A stretch of DNA of 36,043 nucleotides from a virus. Taxonomy: Duplodnaviria; Heunggongvirae; Uroviricota; Caudoviricetes. Where the stretch lies: positions 1 through 36,043 of the IMG/VR virus record IMGVR_UViG_2693429599_000012; one strand, written 5' to 3'. Of the stretch, positions 15,421 through 24,938 are shown in pieces (within the stretch, counting starts at the first letter, position 1; every line of letters begins with the position of its first letter). The notes under the pieces were generated by a model. The model ran no database searches and was not told the DNA's origin. It saw nothing but the letters and a program-made list of their open reading frames with translations. The translations under genes and the position numbers were made by a program.

Positions 15421-18400
15421 ATGCAGTCGATCCAATTTAAACGAACTAATGTTTCTGGCAAAAAGCCAACGCCGGAACAATTACAGGTCGGTGAGGTGGC
15501 AATCAACCTTAAAGACCATGTTATTTTTACCAAAGACCGAGATCATGAAGTAGTTCAAATCTCTGTTTCTCCTGAAACTCACGCGGCACTAGAATCTAAA
15601 GTTGATGCTAACAAACAAGAATTGGATAGCACAATTGCAGTAAATGACCGCAATATTCACGCTAAAGTAGATGAAATTAAACAAACTACTGATTCTACTA
15701 TCGCAGCAAATCATGCAGAAATTAACAATAAAGTTGATGTAATTAAACGCGAAACCGACGCGACAATCGAAGCTAATAAAAATAAAGCTGCTTCCGATCT
15801 TGCTGGTGTTAAAGCTGAATTGTCGGATACCATCAACGCTAATAAAAATGCGGCTGCTGTAGCAACTCAGGAACTGGACACCCGCATCAATAAAAAAGTT
15901 GATGATATTAAATCCCGTACAGATGCAACCATCGCAAGCAATGACAAAGCAATCAATGACAAAGTTGATTTGATTAAGACAGAAACTGACCGCACTATCG
16001 CAGCAAATAAAGTCTATGCGGAAAATCAGTTAACTGACACCTACAATAACCTTACTGGTGTGATTGCAGCCAATAAGCAAGAGGCAGCGGATAACGTTGC
16101 GGCATTAACCCGTGATGTTGAAGCCAAAAATACAGCAATTCATAGCAAAGTTGACAATAACAAGTCTTACACTGATTCTGAACTGGCACGTTTAGAAAGC
16201 CGTATTGATGCAGCCGATGGATCTGCTGATGGCAAGTACATCAAAAAACACGTAAACACTTATACTGATGGTTATTTGCTGTCTAAGACCGCAAACTATT
16301 TTGATGATCCAAATGCGCGTAATCTTGATTACTTTGGTGCATTCCGCATGAATGACCTGGCGGGTCATATTGCAATGATCTTGCATGTTCCGCATCCATC
16401 TGGTGTTAATCATGCTCGTGGCTTTGAGTTCACTTATGGGTCTAATCCGGTTCATACGGTAAGAACATACGGCTATGATGAATTGGGTCATTTGGCATAT
16501 TCTCACCGCATGTATCATGAAGGTGATAAACCTACTCCTGCCGAAATTGGCGCATATTCGAAAGCAGAAATTGACCGACTGTTCCAGAAGACGCTTAATT
16601 TTGGGATCGAGGGTGGTTGGTTTAAACTAGGCACTTTGACAATGCCACAGCAACACGGTCGTAGTGCTAAGATCCGCTTAGTTGGTGGTAACGGTTATAA
16701 CGTCGGGATGAATGGACAAGCCAATATTATCGAATTGGTGATTCGATGCGGCAACAATAGCCCGAAAGGTGTTGTATTCAATGCGTATTATACTATTTGG
16801 CATTATGAACAACATTTTTGCGCTATTCCAACCGATGGCGACAATTACGATCTTTACGCTTACTACGGTGCACATACAGGATTTGTTTTAGCAGAATATC
16901 AAGTTTCTTCCGGTGGTGTTTCTTTAAACCTGTTGGATACTCCTGAATATCTGGGTGGTGAAAAACCTGTTGCAGATGAAATTTTTGATGCTCTTAACAT
17001 TTCATCGTTCAATAACTTTAGCAACCGTGGAACGTTAAATTTTGCGGGAAACCATCAAGGCCAATACGACATTGAGCATTTGAACGAACAACAAACAAAT
17101 GCTAAGAAAATGTTGCGTCGCTTCCGTAGTTCTGCTCCTGCCACTATCTGGCACGAAAGTGTTGATGACCAAAATTATCGTCTTGCTACTGGATATACCG
17201 ATGTAAACCAACAATTATTGCTTTCAGTTGCGACCGGTTTGCATATTCGTAGATTGACCATCGATGGTGGCTTAGGTTCCGGTTCTAATGCTGGTATTGA
17301 TATTCGTCGAGGACCAAACGAAGCAAGCCATTTTAATTTCATGGATTATCGCACTGGACAAGATGTTCGTAATGGCTGGTTTGGTTTTGGTGATTTGACG
17401 ACCAAAGATTTTATTTGGTGGAACGATAACGGTCAAAACTCTATAAACCTGATTGAAGATGGTGAATTACATATTACTGGTGGTAAAGGCCAGAAAATTG
17501 TAATGAATAGCGAAGTTGCATTATCTGAAAATGCTCGTTTGGCTGTCAAAGGCGGTAACTATGGTTTGATGTTACGCAATGATGGTTCTAGCTTCCATAT
17601 TCTTACTACCGATTTAAAAGATTCTTTTGGTAGTTGGAATAATCGCAGACCATTTAGTTATGATTTCGCCGAAGGTGGATTAGATCTAGGTGGTACTGAA
17701 ACTGCTCGTTGTTTGCATCTGGGGATCGATGGTAGTACCCGCATCGAAGATAACTTAGTTTTCAGAGCGGGATCACGTCAATCAATGGACTATATTGAAA
17801 TGATCCATTGGGGTAACAGTAATACAGGACGCAACAACGTTTTGAGTATGCGGGATTCCAAAGGATTCTTGGCTGAATTTGAACGTGTAGGCGGGACCAA
17901 CGGCGTTAAAACCAGATTCTTTGGTGAAACCTTCACTGACGGTACATTATACCTAAATCAGATGAATAATAGCTCTGAACGATTCTCTATCAATAATTGG
18001 GGAAATTCAGAAGTTGGTCGCGCGGCAGTGATGGAAGTCGGTGATTCCAAAGGTTATCACTTCTATACGGAACGTAGGACAGATGACACCGTTTTGTTTG
18101 ATGTATCCGGTTCTTTGACCGTGCATGGACCTAACGGAATAACCGTCAAAAACTCAACTGGTGCACGCCATATCTGGTTTAGAGATGATAGCGATACGGA
18201 AAAGGCTGTTATCTGGGCTACAGATGAGGGTATGTTACATATACGAAATAATCATGAGGGTTCATTTGCTCATCACTTCCAGGGCGCAATGATTAAACTG
18301 GAAGGGCGTGTTCCTTATGCCGCAGATCAAGGACTTATCCGTGGTGAGGTTTCTGGTGGTGCATATGTTGCATGGAGAGACCGACCTGCTGGTTTGTTGG

Positions 18401-18951
18401 TTGACTGTCAACAAAGCGTTGATAGTGCTCATGCTATTTGGAAAGCGGTTGATTGGGGTCGTCAATATATCGCAGCAATGGATGTGCATTGTCCCGGTGA
18501 TGGTAATAATACTGCGGCAGCGGTTCTTCATGTTCAGGCTGCTGATTATCAATTCCATGCAAGCGGAGAATTTCATGCCAGTGGCAACGGAAACTTTAAC
18601 GATGTGTATATTCGTTCTGACCGTCGTCTGAAAATTAACGTTGAAGACTACGAAGAAAATGCGGTAGATAAGGTAAATAAACTCAAAGTTAAAACCTACG
18701 ATAAAGTTAAATCTCTTAATGACCGAGAAGTTATAGGTCATGAGATTGGTATTATCGCACAGGATTTACAAGAGGTATTACCGGAAGCTGTTAAAACCGC
18801 AAAAATTGGTGGTCTTGATAACCCAGAAGAAATTTTAACAATTTCAAACTCCGCAGTGAACGCGCTTTTAATTAAAGCGGTCCAAGAAATGAGCGAAGAA
18901 AATAAACTTCTTCGTGAACGTCTTGCTGCAATTGAAGCTAAATTAGGGTAA
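15421..18951 (+). CDS. Side (L-shaped type) tail fiber protein with C-terminal intramolecular chaperone / peptidase S74 domain
   Basis: 1176 aa; N-terminal KRTNVSGKKPTPEQLQVGEVAINLKD; internal ~20-aa tandem repeats (KVDxIKxxTDxTIAAN, 4-5 copies); C-terminal ~120 aa YIRSDRRLKINVEDYEENAVDKVNKLKVKTYD...LLRERLAAIEAKLG is typical of S74 autoproteolytic chaperone domains. Confidence 0.8.
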   Translation: MQSIQFKRTNVSGKKPTPEQLQVGEVAINLKDHVIFTKDRDHEVVQISVSPETHAALESKVDANKQELDSTIAVNDRNIHAKVDEIKQTTDSTIAANHAEINNKVDVIKRETDATIEANKNKAASDLAGVKAELSDTINANKNAAAVATQELDTRINKKVDDIKSRTDATIASNDKAINDKVDLIKTETDRTIAANKVYAENQLTDTYNNLTGVIAANKQEAADNVAALTRDVEAKNTAIHSKVDNNKSYTDSELARLESRIDAADGSADGKYIKKHVNTYTDGYLLSKTANYFDDPNARNLDYFGAFRMNDLAGHIAMILHVPHPSGVNHARGFEFTYGSNPVHTVRTYGYDELGHLAYSHRMYHEGDKPTPAEIGAYSKAEIDRLFQKTLNFGIEGGWFKLGTLTMPQQHGRSAKIRLVGGNGYNVGMNGQANIIELVIRCGNNSPKGVVFNAYYTIWHYEQHFCAIPTDGDNYDLYAYYGAHTGFVLAEYQVSSGGVSLNLLDTPEYLGGEKPVADEIFDALNISSFNNFSNRGTLNFAGNHQGQYDIEHLNEQQTNAKKMLRRFRSSAPATIWHESVDDQNYRLATGYTDVNQQLLLSVATGLHIRRLTIDGGLGSGSNAGIDIRRGPNEASHFNFMDYRTGQDVRNGWFGFGDLTTKDFIWWNDNGQNSINLIEDGELHITGGKGQKIVMNSEVALSENARLAVKGGNYGLMLRNDGSSFHILTTDLKDSFGSWNNRRPFSYDFAEGGLDLGGTETARCLHLGIDGSTRIEDNLVFRAGSRQSMDYIEMIHWGNSNTGRNNVLSMRDSKGFLAEFERVGGTNGVKTRFFGETFTDGTLYLNQMNNSSERFSINNWGNSEVGRAAVMEVGDSKGYHFYTERRTDDTVLFDVSGSLTVHGPNGITVKNSTGARHIWFRDDSDTEKAVIWATDEGMLHIRNNHEGSFAHHFQGAMIKLEGRVPYAADQGLIRGEVSGGAYVAWRDRPAGLLVDCQQSVDSAHAIWKAVDWGRQYIAAMDVHCPGDGNNTAAAVLHVQAADYQFHASGEFHASGNGNFNDVYIRSDRRLKINVEDYEENAVDKVNKLKVKTYDKVKSLNDREVIGHEIGIIAQDLQEVLPEAVKTAKIGGLDNPEEILTISNSAVNALLIKAVQEMSEENKLLRERLAAIEAKLG

Positions 18952-18989
18952 TTGGAAAGCGGGGAGAAATCTCCGCTAAGGATTCTTAT

Positions 18990-19286
18990 ATGGGATATTG
19001 GGTAAGTAGTGAAATTAATACTAAAATCGATGCTTTAAAATGGCATGTATTTGATATTCCTAACGGCTATGGTACTGCTCGTGCTGGTGTCGCTGTAATG
19101 CGTCATAATGCTGGTGGTGGGTGGTCTGATGCACATATTAACGTAGATGGTTTGACCGTTGCTCGTCGTCGTGGTGGGACCAATTGGGGATCTACTATAA
19201 ATTCGTTTGTTCCTGCTGGCTGCACCGTCTCCTTTGGTTTAGGGGGTGAAGGTGGTGTTGAATATTTTAAATTCATGGAGTTTTAA
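18990..19286 (+). CDS. Small protein, paralog 1 of 3 (98 aa), unknown function
   Basis: AAGGA RBS; shares W..FDIPNG(Y/W) and a C-terminal TVSF.LG...YFKF motif with the next two genes. Confidence 0.6.
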   Translation: MGYWVSSEINTKIDALKWHVFDIPNGYGTARAGVAVMRHNAGGGWSDAHINVDGLTVARRRGGTNWGSTINSFVPAGCTVSFGLGGEGGVEYFKFMEF

Positions 19287-19288
19287 TT

Positions 19289-19594
19289 ATGGCTGGATGG
19301 ATAAATCAAAGAATGTCAAACGCTATTAGTATTTGGGCTAATGGTGGATATTTTGATATCCCCAACGGTTGGGTCACTGATTCATGCGGAATTGTCTTTG
19401 CTCATATGGAAGCCATTAACGGTGCTGGTGATCTTGATTCTGAATTGGCTGTAAATGGATTGATTGAATCAGGCCATCATGCTGGTGATGCTGGGAGTTG
19501 GGGTGCTAGTTCTTTAGTTGGCGCTGGTGCTACCGTTAGCTTTACATTGGGTAAAGGTAGTTTGCATTATTTCAAATTCAGGAGAATGCACTAA
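19289..19594 (+). CDS. Small protein, paralog 2 of 3 (101 aa), unknown function
   Basis: GGAG RBS; start 3 nt after the stop of paralog 1; YFDIPNGW and ATVSFTLGKGSLHYFKF. Confidence 0.6.
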   Translation: MAGWINQRMSNAISIWANGGYFDIPNGWVTDSCGIVFAHMEAINGAGDLDSELAVNGLIESGHHAGDAGSWGASSLVGAGATVSFTLGKGSLHYFKFRRMH

Positions 19595-19896
19595 TGGCAT
19601 TTTGGGTAGATGGCGCTTTGGGGAATAGGGCGGGTAAAGCAAATCAAGGATGGTTTGATATTCCTAACGGTTGGACAGCCGACGCTTTCGGGACTATTTC
19701 ATTCTGTGCTCATTCTTCCGGTGGTGGCGGCGGTGACTCTGAATTGTTTATTCATGGTTTTTGTGTTTCTGGAAGCCATAAGGGTCATGATTGGGGACAG
19801 ATCCATTCTTGTATTGCACCGCAAGGAGCAGTAATTACAGTTAGCACAAATAGGGGGATCGCTCATCTTCGTTATAGACGTTTGAGCAATCGCTAA
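19594..19896 (+). CDS. Small protein, paralog 3 of 3 (100 aa), unknown function
   Basis: AGGAGA RBS; start overlaps the stop of paralog 2 (TAATG); WFDIPNGW motif; Gly-rich SSGGGGGD. Confidence 0.6.
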   Translation: MAFWVDGALGNRAGKANQGWFDIPNGWTADAFGTISFCAHSSGGGGGDSELFIHGFCVSGSHKGHDWGQIHSCIAPQGAVITVSTNRGIAHLRYRRLSNR

Positions 19897-19950
19897 ATAA
19901 ATAGAATTACGGGTATGTACCCTATTGTTTAAAATAGAAGGAAAAGAATA

Positions 19951-20424
19951 ATGACTACTAAATTTGATATTTTTTCTGGTGGCCTCGTTGGTCTGTTTCT
20001 GCAAGAAGACGTAAGCAATAAAGACCTTGATGCTGAAACCTATCTGGAAATCCCAGAATGCGCAGCGTTCCCGGAAACTGGTGTAGAACGTTCTACTATC
20101 GATGTTCCTAACTTCTCTGGTGCTTATAACCGTAAGCTGGTTGGTCGTATGTCTGTACCTGATATCGAACTTTCGATCAACTACATTCCGGGTAACGAAG
20201 TACACGAAAAACTGATTAAAGCAACCGAAGACGGTAAGCGCGTACAGCTTAAAATTGCTTACTACATCGATGCTACGAAAAAATCTGGTGTACATATCGC
20301 TTATAACGGCTTCCTGTCTAAAACTACCATGACTGGTGGTGAGGATGCTGTAGTAGGCCGTACCTTCACCTTTGTAGTAGATGGTGCTCCGGTTAAACAA
20401 GCTGTTTTCCAGAAAGTCGTCTAA
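19951..20424 (+). CDS. Tail tube-like protein (157 aa), second candidate major tail protein
   Basis: Strong RBS; immediately upstream of the G/G-T chaperone genes; followed by a strong terminator, as expected of a highly expressed structural gene. Confidence 0.5.
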   Translation: MTTKFDIFSGGLVGLFLQEDVSNKDLDAETYLEIPECAAFPETGVERSTIDVPNFSGAYNRKLVGRMSVPDIELSINYIPGNEVHEKLIKATEDGKRVQLKIAYYIDATKKSGVHIAYNGFLSKTTMTGGEDAVVGRTFTFVVDGAPVKQAVFQKVV

Positions 20425-20431
20425 TATTATC

Positions 20432-20457
20432 TAGCCATCCTTCGGGGTGGCTTTTTT
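20432..20457 (+). terminator. Rho-independent terminator with TTCG tetraloop
   Basis: AGCCATCC-TTCG-GGGTGGCT followed by TTTTTT. Confidence 0.65.
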
Positions 20458-20506
20458 GTTTCCAATTCTAAATAAACATATCTAATTAACTTAAGAGGAA
20501 ACAAGA

Positions 20507-20815
20507 ATGAACATTAGCGAAATGTTAGCCGCACTCTCTCCGAAACGCGAATCTCTGACCATCGGTGGATTCACTTTCTATGCTCGCCCTATGTCAGTAA
20601 AAGAATTTAACGAACATGTTTTCAATACTGATAAAGAAGACCGTGATGAACGTTCTATTCTTCGTTGTATTGAAGATGAAGACGGTAAACCAGTATTTGA
20701 ATCTATGGAACAAGTTAAGGCACTGTATACTAACGTTCGAAGTGAATTAATCGGTTTGGTTGCTCAAGCGTCATTGATGCAAGATCCGGCGGTAATTGAA
20801 AACGAGGTAAAGTAA
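20507..20815 (+). CDS. Tail assembly chaperone (gpG-like)
   Basis: 102-aa ORF directly upstream of the tape measure gene, with a downstream ORF in the -1 frame (canonical G/G-T arrangement). Confidence 0.6.
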   Translation: MNISEMLAALSPKRESLTIGGFTFYARPMSVKEFNEHVFNTDKEDRDERSILRCIEDEDGKPVFESMEQVKALYTNVRSELIGLVAQASLMQDPAVIENEVK

Positions 20816-21195
20816 ACCCGCTTCTGAATTTCTATTTCCGGCAAATGATGAGATCGGGGCTTAGTAAAGATGAAATGGATAATATGCCAATCACTCTGTT
20901 TTGGAAATTATACATTTTCGACACCTACTTAGAACCACAAAGCCCCGCGTTTCATGATATGCAGAATGCGATGTTGCAATATTCCATGTATATGACGTCG
21001 CAAGGAATGACACGCGAAACTGCAAAGAAACTCAAGCCTAGCCAATTCCAATTAATTAGAGAAGAAAAACTCTTTAAAACTAAAGAAGAACTGGAAGAAC
21101 TTGCACGCAAGAAAGAAGAAGAGCGTAAAGCTGCAACATTGAGCATGTTCGATCCATCTTTGCTTGAGAAACTCAGAAGCGCACAAACGGGGTAA
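20800..21195 (+). CDS. Tail assembly chaperone T segment, probably expressed as a G-T fusion by -1 frameshift
   Basis: The -1 frame opens at 20800, overlaps the last 16 nt of the G ORF and runs to 21195. The first ATG at 20845 has no good RBS. No canonical slippery heptamer seen. Confidence 0.45.
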   Translation, partial: KRGKVNPLLNFYFRQMMRSGLSKDEMDNMPITLFWKLYIFDTYLEPQSPAFHDMQNAMLQYSMYMTSQGMTRETAKKLKPSQFQLIREEKLFKTKEELEELARKKEEERKAATLSMFDPSLLEKLRSAQTG

Positions 21196-21198
21196 TTT

Positions 21199-23628
21199 AT
21201 GACAAGACATATAGTAACAATAGAAGGGGATAATAAAGGTCTAAGGAGAAGTACCCATGAAGCCGCCGACCTTCTCGATAGTTTGTCTGAAAAGGCAAGT
21301 AATATTGATTTTGGTGGTGGCTTATCTGGTCTGACTGGATCTCTTCGTGGTATTGCTGGCTCTGCTGGTTTGGCTGCTGGTGGTATTGGCTTAGTTGCGA
21401 CCGCAGTGGTTGCAGCCGCTAAAGCTGGTGCGGAATACGTTAAACAGTATTCAGAAGTATCTAAGGCGACCGGACTCTCGATTGAATCCCTTCAAAGACT
21501 GGAAAAGGAATTTTCTGGCACTGGCTTAACAGTTGAAAAATTTGGCGATATCAACAAAGACACCTTAGATAAAATGGGTGATGCGTGGGCTAATGGTGGT
21601 GGTATTGCTGATGACTTAGAATCGGTTGGTCTTAAGTTAGAAAACTATGCTCACTTCATGACCGATCCGCAAGGTGGTATGAAAGCGGCGATCCAAGTGT
21701 TCTATGACATGAAGAAAGCCGGAAAATCAATGGCTGAAATCAAGTTCATGATGGAATCTTTAGCCAGTGATTCAAGCCATATGACCAGCCAGCTTGAGAA
21801 ATATAATAGTGCTCAAGAGGCGATGATCGCTATTCAGAATCAATCTGTTAACGTCACCGAAGAAAACGCTAAAAAATATGATAAATTTTCTCAGAATATT
21901 AATAAGCTGGAAAATAACCTGAAAGGTGTCGGTATGACCATTTCTGGTCCGCTGGTTGATAGTTTAAACTGGTTATTTGACTGGTTTAATATTGATTGGG
22001 AAAAGAGTTCTCTATTCAGGGCATTAGACCGACTGAATAAAGAAGGTGCGACCGCTACGGGTGGTATTCTTAACGCCAACCATAAAGACGCTCAAAAGAT
22101 TATTGACAAGTACAATAAAGAAAAGCGTTGGAATAATCTAGCAGATTGGGAAAAGGCCGCGATCCGTGGTGCTGGTGTCGATCCTCGTACTGCTGGCTTT
22201 GATGTAGAAGCATATAAGAAACGTTTTGGTAATTCTTATAAGAAAAATGGCTCTCTGATTGTAGTCGATAACGGGGAACATCTAACCCGCAAGGCAGATC
22301 CTAACACTGATTTGACTATCCCTACTACACCAACTCGACCAGAATCATTGGGTCCATCTGCCAAAGAGAAGAAAGAAGAGGAAGAAGCCAAGAAGAAAGC
22401 GGAAGAGAAAGCTAAAAAGGCTAAGGAAGCCGCAGAAAAAGCACAGAAAGAACGTGAGGATGCAATCAAGCGTCTGAATGCACTTGATGTTAAATTGCAA
22501 GGACAGGTCGCCGCGTCTATTGCTTCTCAAAACAAGCAATTAGAAACCAGCTTAAAAGATCTGGATAATGCTGTTAAGTTGGGGCTTATTTCTCAGCAAG
22601 ACGCAGCCGCGAAACGCCAATCATTAATCGATCAGAATACTGAAAACGTATACAAAATGGTTTTAGGTGCTGATCCGGTTGATGCTCTGAATGCTTTAAC
22701 ACAATTGCAACAAATCAGGGACAACGAGTTAGAAAGCCATAAACGGTTACTTGATGGTAAAGCTATCTCCTACGAAGAATATATGCGTCGTGTGAACGAT
22801 ACCGAGCAAAACTATTCTCAGATTGAAAATTCTTTACAGGGAATGGATGGTTTTAAAACCAATCAGTTGACCAATGGTTTAGATTATCAGGACTCGAATA
22901 ACCCGTTTGCTAAATTTAATGCAATCGATAAAGAGAAATCGGACGCTGAACAAGATTATAAAACCGATAAACTCAAGATTGATGGGATCACCGATCCGGC
23001 TAAACGGATGGAAGCATTAGAAAAACTCAATGAAAACCATCAAAAACGAATGGCTGCAATTGAGAAGAAATATGCTGATGCTCGACAGTCAATAGCCGAT
23101 GATATGTATGGCGGTTTTGCTGCTGCAATGACTCTCTTCGGGCAGGAAAACACTAAAGCTATGCAGATGGCTTTCACTGCTCATAAAGCATTCTCCATTG
23201 GACAAGCGACGGTGAACATGTGGACGGCTGCTACCGATGCATGGAACGATCCGACCAACGTAACCACAGGTCAAAAAATCGCTGCTGCTGCATTGGCTGT
23301 TTCTCAGAACATGGGGAACATCGCAAACATCAAGTCTACTAACGTTAGCGGTATGGCTCACGATGGTATTGATAACATCCCTCGTGAGGGTACATGGTTG
23401 CTTGATAAGGGTGAACGAGTAGTTGATCAGCGTACTAACGGTGATTTGAAAGACTTCTTATCTGCTCAAAAATCAGGCGGTGGTAACTCTCAGCCGATTG
23501 AAGTTAACGCACCTTTGAACATTAACGGCAACGTTAATAGCTCAGACAAGATGGTCATGGATGCTATCAAACGTCACGCTAAGTTAGTTGCTCAGGCGGT
23601 AGAAGACGCACAGCGCCGTAAGATGTAA
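21199..23628 (+). CDS. Tail tape measure protein
   Basis: 809 aa; N-terminal Gly/Ala-rich hydrophobic segment; long coiled-coil and charged repeats (KKEEEEAKKKAEEKAKKAKEAAEKAQKE); position between the chaperones and the minor tail genes. Confidence 0.8.
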   Translation: MTRHIVTIEGDNKGLRRSTHEAADLLDSLSEKASNIDFGGGLSGLTGSLRGIAGSAGLAAGGIGLVATAVVAAAKAGAEYVKQYSEVSKATGLSIESLQRLEKEFSGTGLTVEKFGDINKDTLDKMGDAWANGGGIADDLESVGLKLENYAHFMTDPQGGMKAAIQVFYDMKKAGKSMAEIKFMMESLASDSSHMTSQLEKYNSAQEAMIAIQNQSVNVTEENAKKYDKFSQNINKLENNLKGVGMTISGPLVDSLNWLFDWFNIDWEKSSLFRALDRLNKEGATATGGILNANHKDAQKIIDKYNKEKRWNNLADWEKAAIRGAGVDPRTAGFDVEAYKKRFGNSYKKNGSLIVVDNGEHLTRKADPNTDLTIPTTPTRPESLGPSAKEKKEEEEAKKKAEEKAKKAKEAAEKAQKEREDAIKRLNALDVKLQGQVAASIASQNKQLETSLKDLDNAVKLGLISQQDAAAKRQSLIDQNTENVYKMVLGADPVDALNALTQLQQIRDNELESHKRLLDGKAISYEEYMRRVNDTEQNYSQIENSLQGMDGFKTNQLTNGLDYQDSNNPFAKFNAIDKEKSDAEQDYKTDKLKIDGITDPAKRMEALEKLNENHQKRMAAIEKKYADARQSIADDMYGGFAAAMTLFGQENTKAMQMAFTAHKAFSIGQATVNMWTAATDAWNDPTNVTTGQKIAAAALAVSQNMGNIANIKSTNVSGMAHDGIDNIPREGTWLLDKGERVVDQRTNGDLKDFLSAQKSGGGNSQPIEVNAPLNINGNVNSSDKMVMDAIKRHAKLVAQAVEDAQRRKM

Positions 23629-23678
23629 TTAAAAGCCCCCATAGTCATAAATAATCATAAAACTATGGGGGCTTTTCT

Positions 23679-24239
23679 ATGTTCAAATCCAAAAATATTA
23701 AAATCACAGATTTTACTCTTAAATCAAAACAGCCTTTCTTCAAGGCGCAATCTATTTCTGGTAAATTTCAACGTCGCTTTACTGGCATTCATTTTTATGA
23801 AGCAGAATTTACAGCTAATTTCATGGCTCAGGATATTAACGAAGTAAAAGAATTTGTAGCACGTCACCTTTTTGGTCGTCCTTTCAGTGTGCCACTGTCT
23901 TACTTTTCAAAATATACAGGTGATGTACGCCAGATGGTTACGGCTGCTGCTGGTACTGCTCGCGGTGGGCGTAAGGTAAGACTCTCCAACTTCGCCGGAA
24001 CACTGAAAGCGGGAACTATCATCCAGTTTGAGAACCACAAGAAAATCTACACGATCACCGAAGATGTGAAATCAGGTGGTGAAATGAAACTCTTCCCTAA
24101 CTTGCGTCAGAACGTCCTAGCGGGTGAGGTGATCAAGTATCAGAACGTAGAAGGTGAATTTGTTCTCAAAACTGAAAATATCGATTGGAAGATCGCTCAG
24201 ATTGGCAAGATGAAATTCGAATTAGTGGAGAATGTATAA
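23679..24239 (+). CDS. Minor tail protein (distal tail / gpM position)
   Basis: 186 aa, immediately after the tape measure gene. Called from synteny. Confidence 0.5.
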   Translation: MFKSKNIKITDFTLKSKQPFFKAQSISGKFQRRFTGIHFYEAEFTANFMAQDINEVKEFVARHLFGRPFSVPLSYFSKYTGDVRQMVTAAAGTARGGRKVRLSNFAGTLKAGTIIQFENHKKIYTITEDVKSGGEMKLFPNLRQNVLAGEVIKYQNVEGEFVLKTENIDWKIAQIGKMKFELVENV

Positions 24240-24892
24240 TGGCAACTATTCAAGAATCATTCAGCAAACTATGCACTAATCTGGACTTCATCGAGGTCTA
24301 CAACGACCAGACAGGTCAGAATGTGTCTAGATTGACGCTACCGCAGCTTTTCTCCACAGGATCGATGTTTCACATTATCGAAGTGATAACAGCGTCAGGG
24401 GACGTTCTACGGCTTACAGATGGGTATTTCGATTTGGACTATAACGGATTTACGTATCTCGCAACGGGTGATTTTCTTCAAATCTCATCGAATACCGAAG
24501 AGAAGGAGATTAACAACAACGGGATTAACGTAACCGTTTCTAACGTTCGCGAGGAATACATTACCCTGATTCGAAACAAGCAATTCGATAAATCAGATGT
24601 GAAAATCGAAATGGTGTTCCTGAACCCTAACACGGGCAAGGTTGAAACCACTTACCCTGTTTTCCGTGGGGTAGTCGATTCCATCGGGATTAACATCGAA
24701 CATGAAGATGATGAGTGTAAAAACGAATCAGAATTTCAGCTTAATAGTATCTGGGAAGTTCTAGATAAAAACGCTCGTAGTCATGCCTCCGATGGTATCC
24801 ACCGTTCCTATGTTGGAAACGAGAACGATCTATTCTTCTCAAGGACGGGTCGCTGGAATAGCGAAAGCAAGTGGCATTCATCGAAGAAATAA
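24239..24892 (+). CDS. Minor tail protein (gpL-like position)
   Basis: ATG overlaps the upstream stop (TAATG). A TVSNV segment weakly resembles lambda L (TLTVSNL); mostly synteny-based. Confidence 0.5.
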   Translation: MATIQESFSKLCTNLDFIEVYNDQTGQNVSRLTLPQLFSTGSMFHIIEVITASGDVLRLTDGYFDLDYNGFTYLATGDFLQISSNTEEKEINNNGINVTVSNVREEYITLIRNKQFDKSDVKIEMVFLNPNTGKVETTYPVFRGVVDSIGINIEHEDDECKNESEFQLNSIWEVLDKNARSHASDGIHRSYVGNENDLFFSRTGRWNSESKWHSSKK

Positions 24893-24938
24893 TCCCTTCT
24901 CCCTAAGCCTAGTAAATAACAGCATGGAGGTATTCAAC

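Noticed and set aside
15421-18951. Diversity-generating retroelement targeting the fiber
   Set aside because: No reverse transcriptase ORF and no template/variable repeat pair identified in the window.
19699-20400. 233-aa minus-strand ORF overlapping paralog 3 and the tail tube-like gene
   Set aside because: Antisense to two RBS-supported plus-strand genes; no RBS and no recognisable motif.
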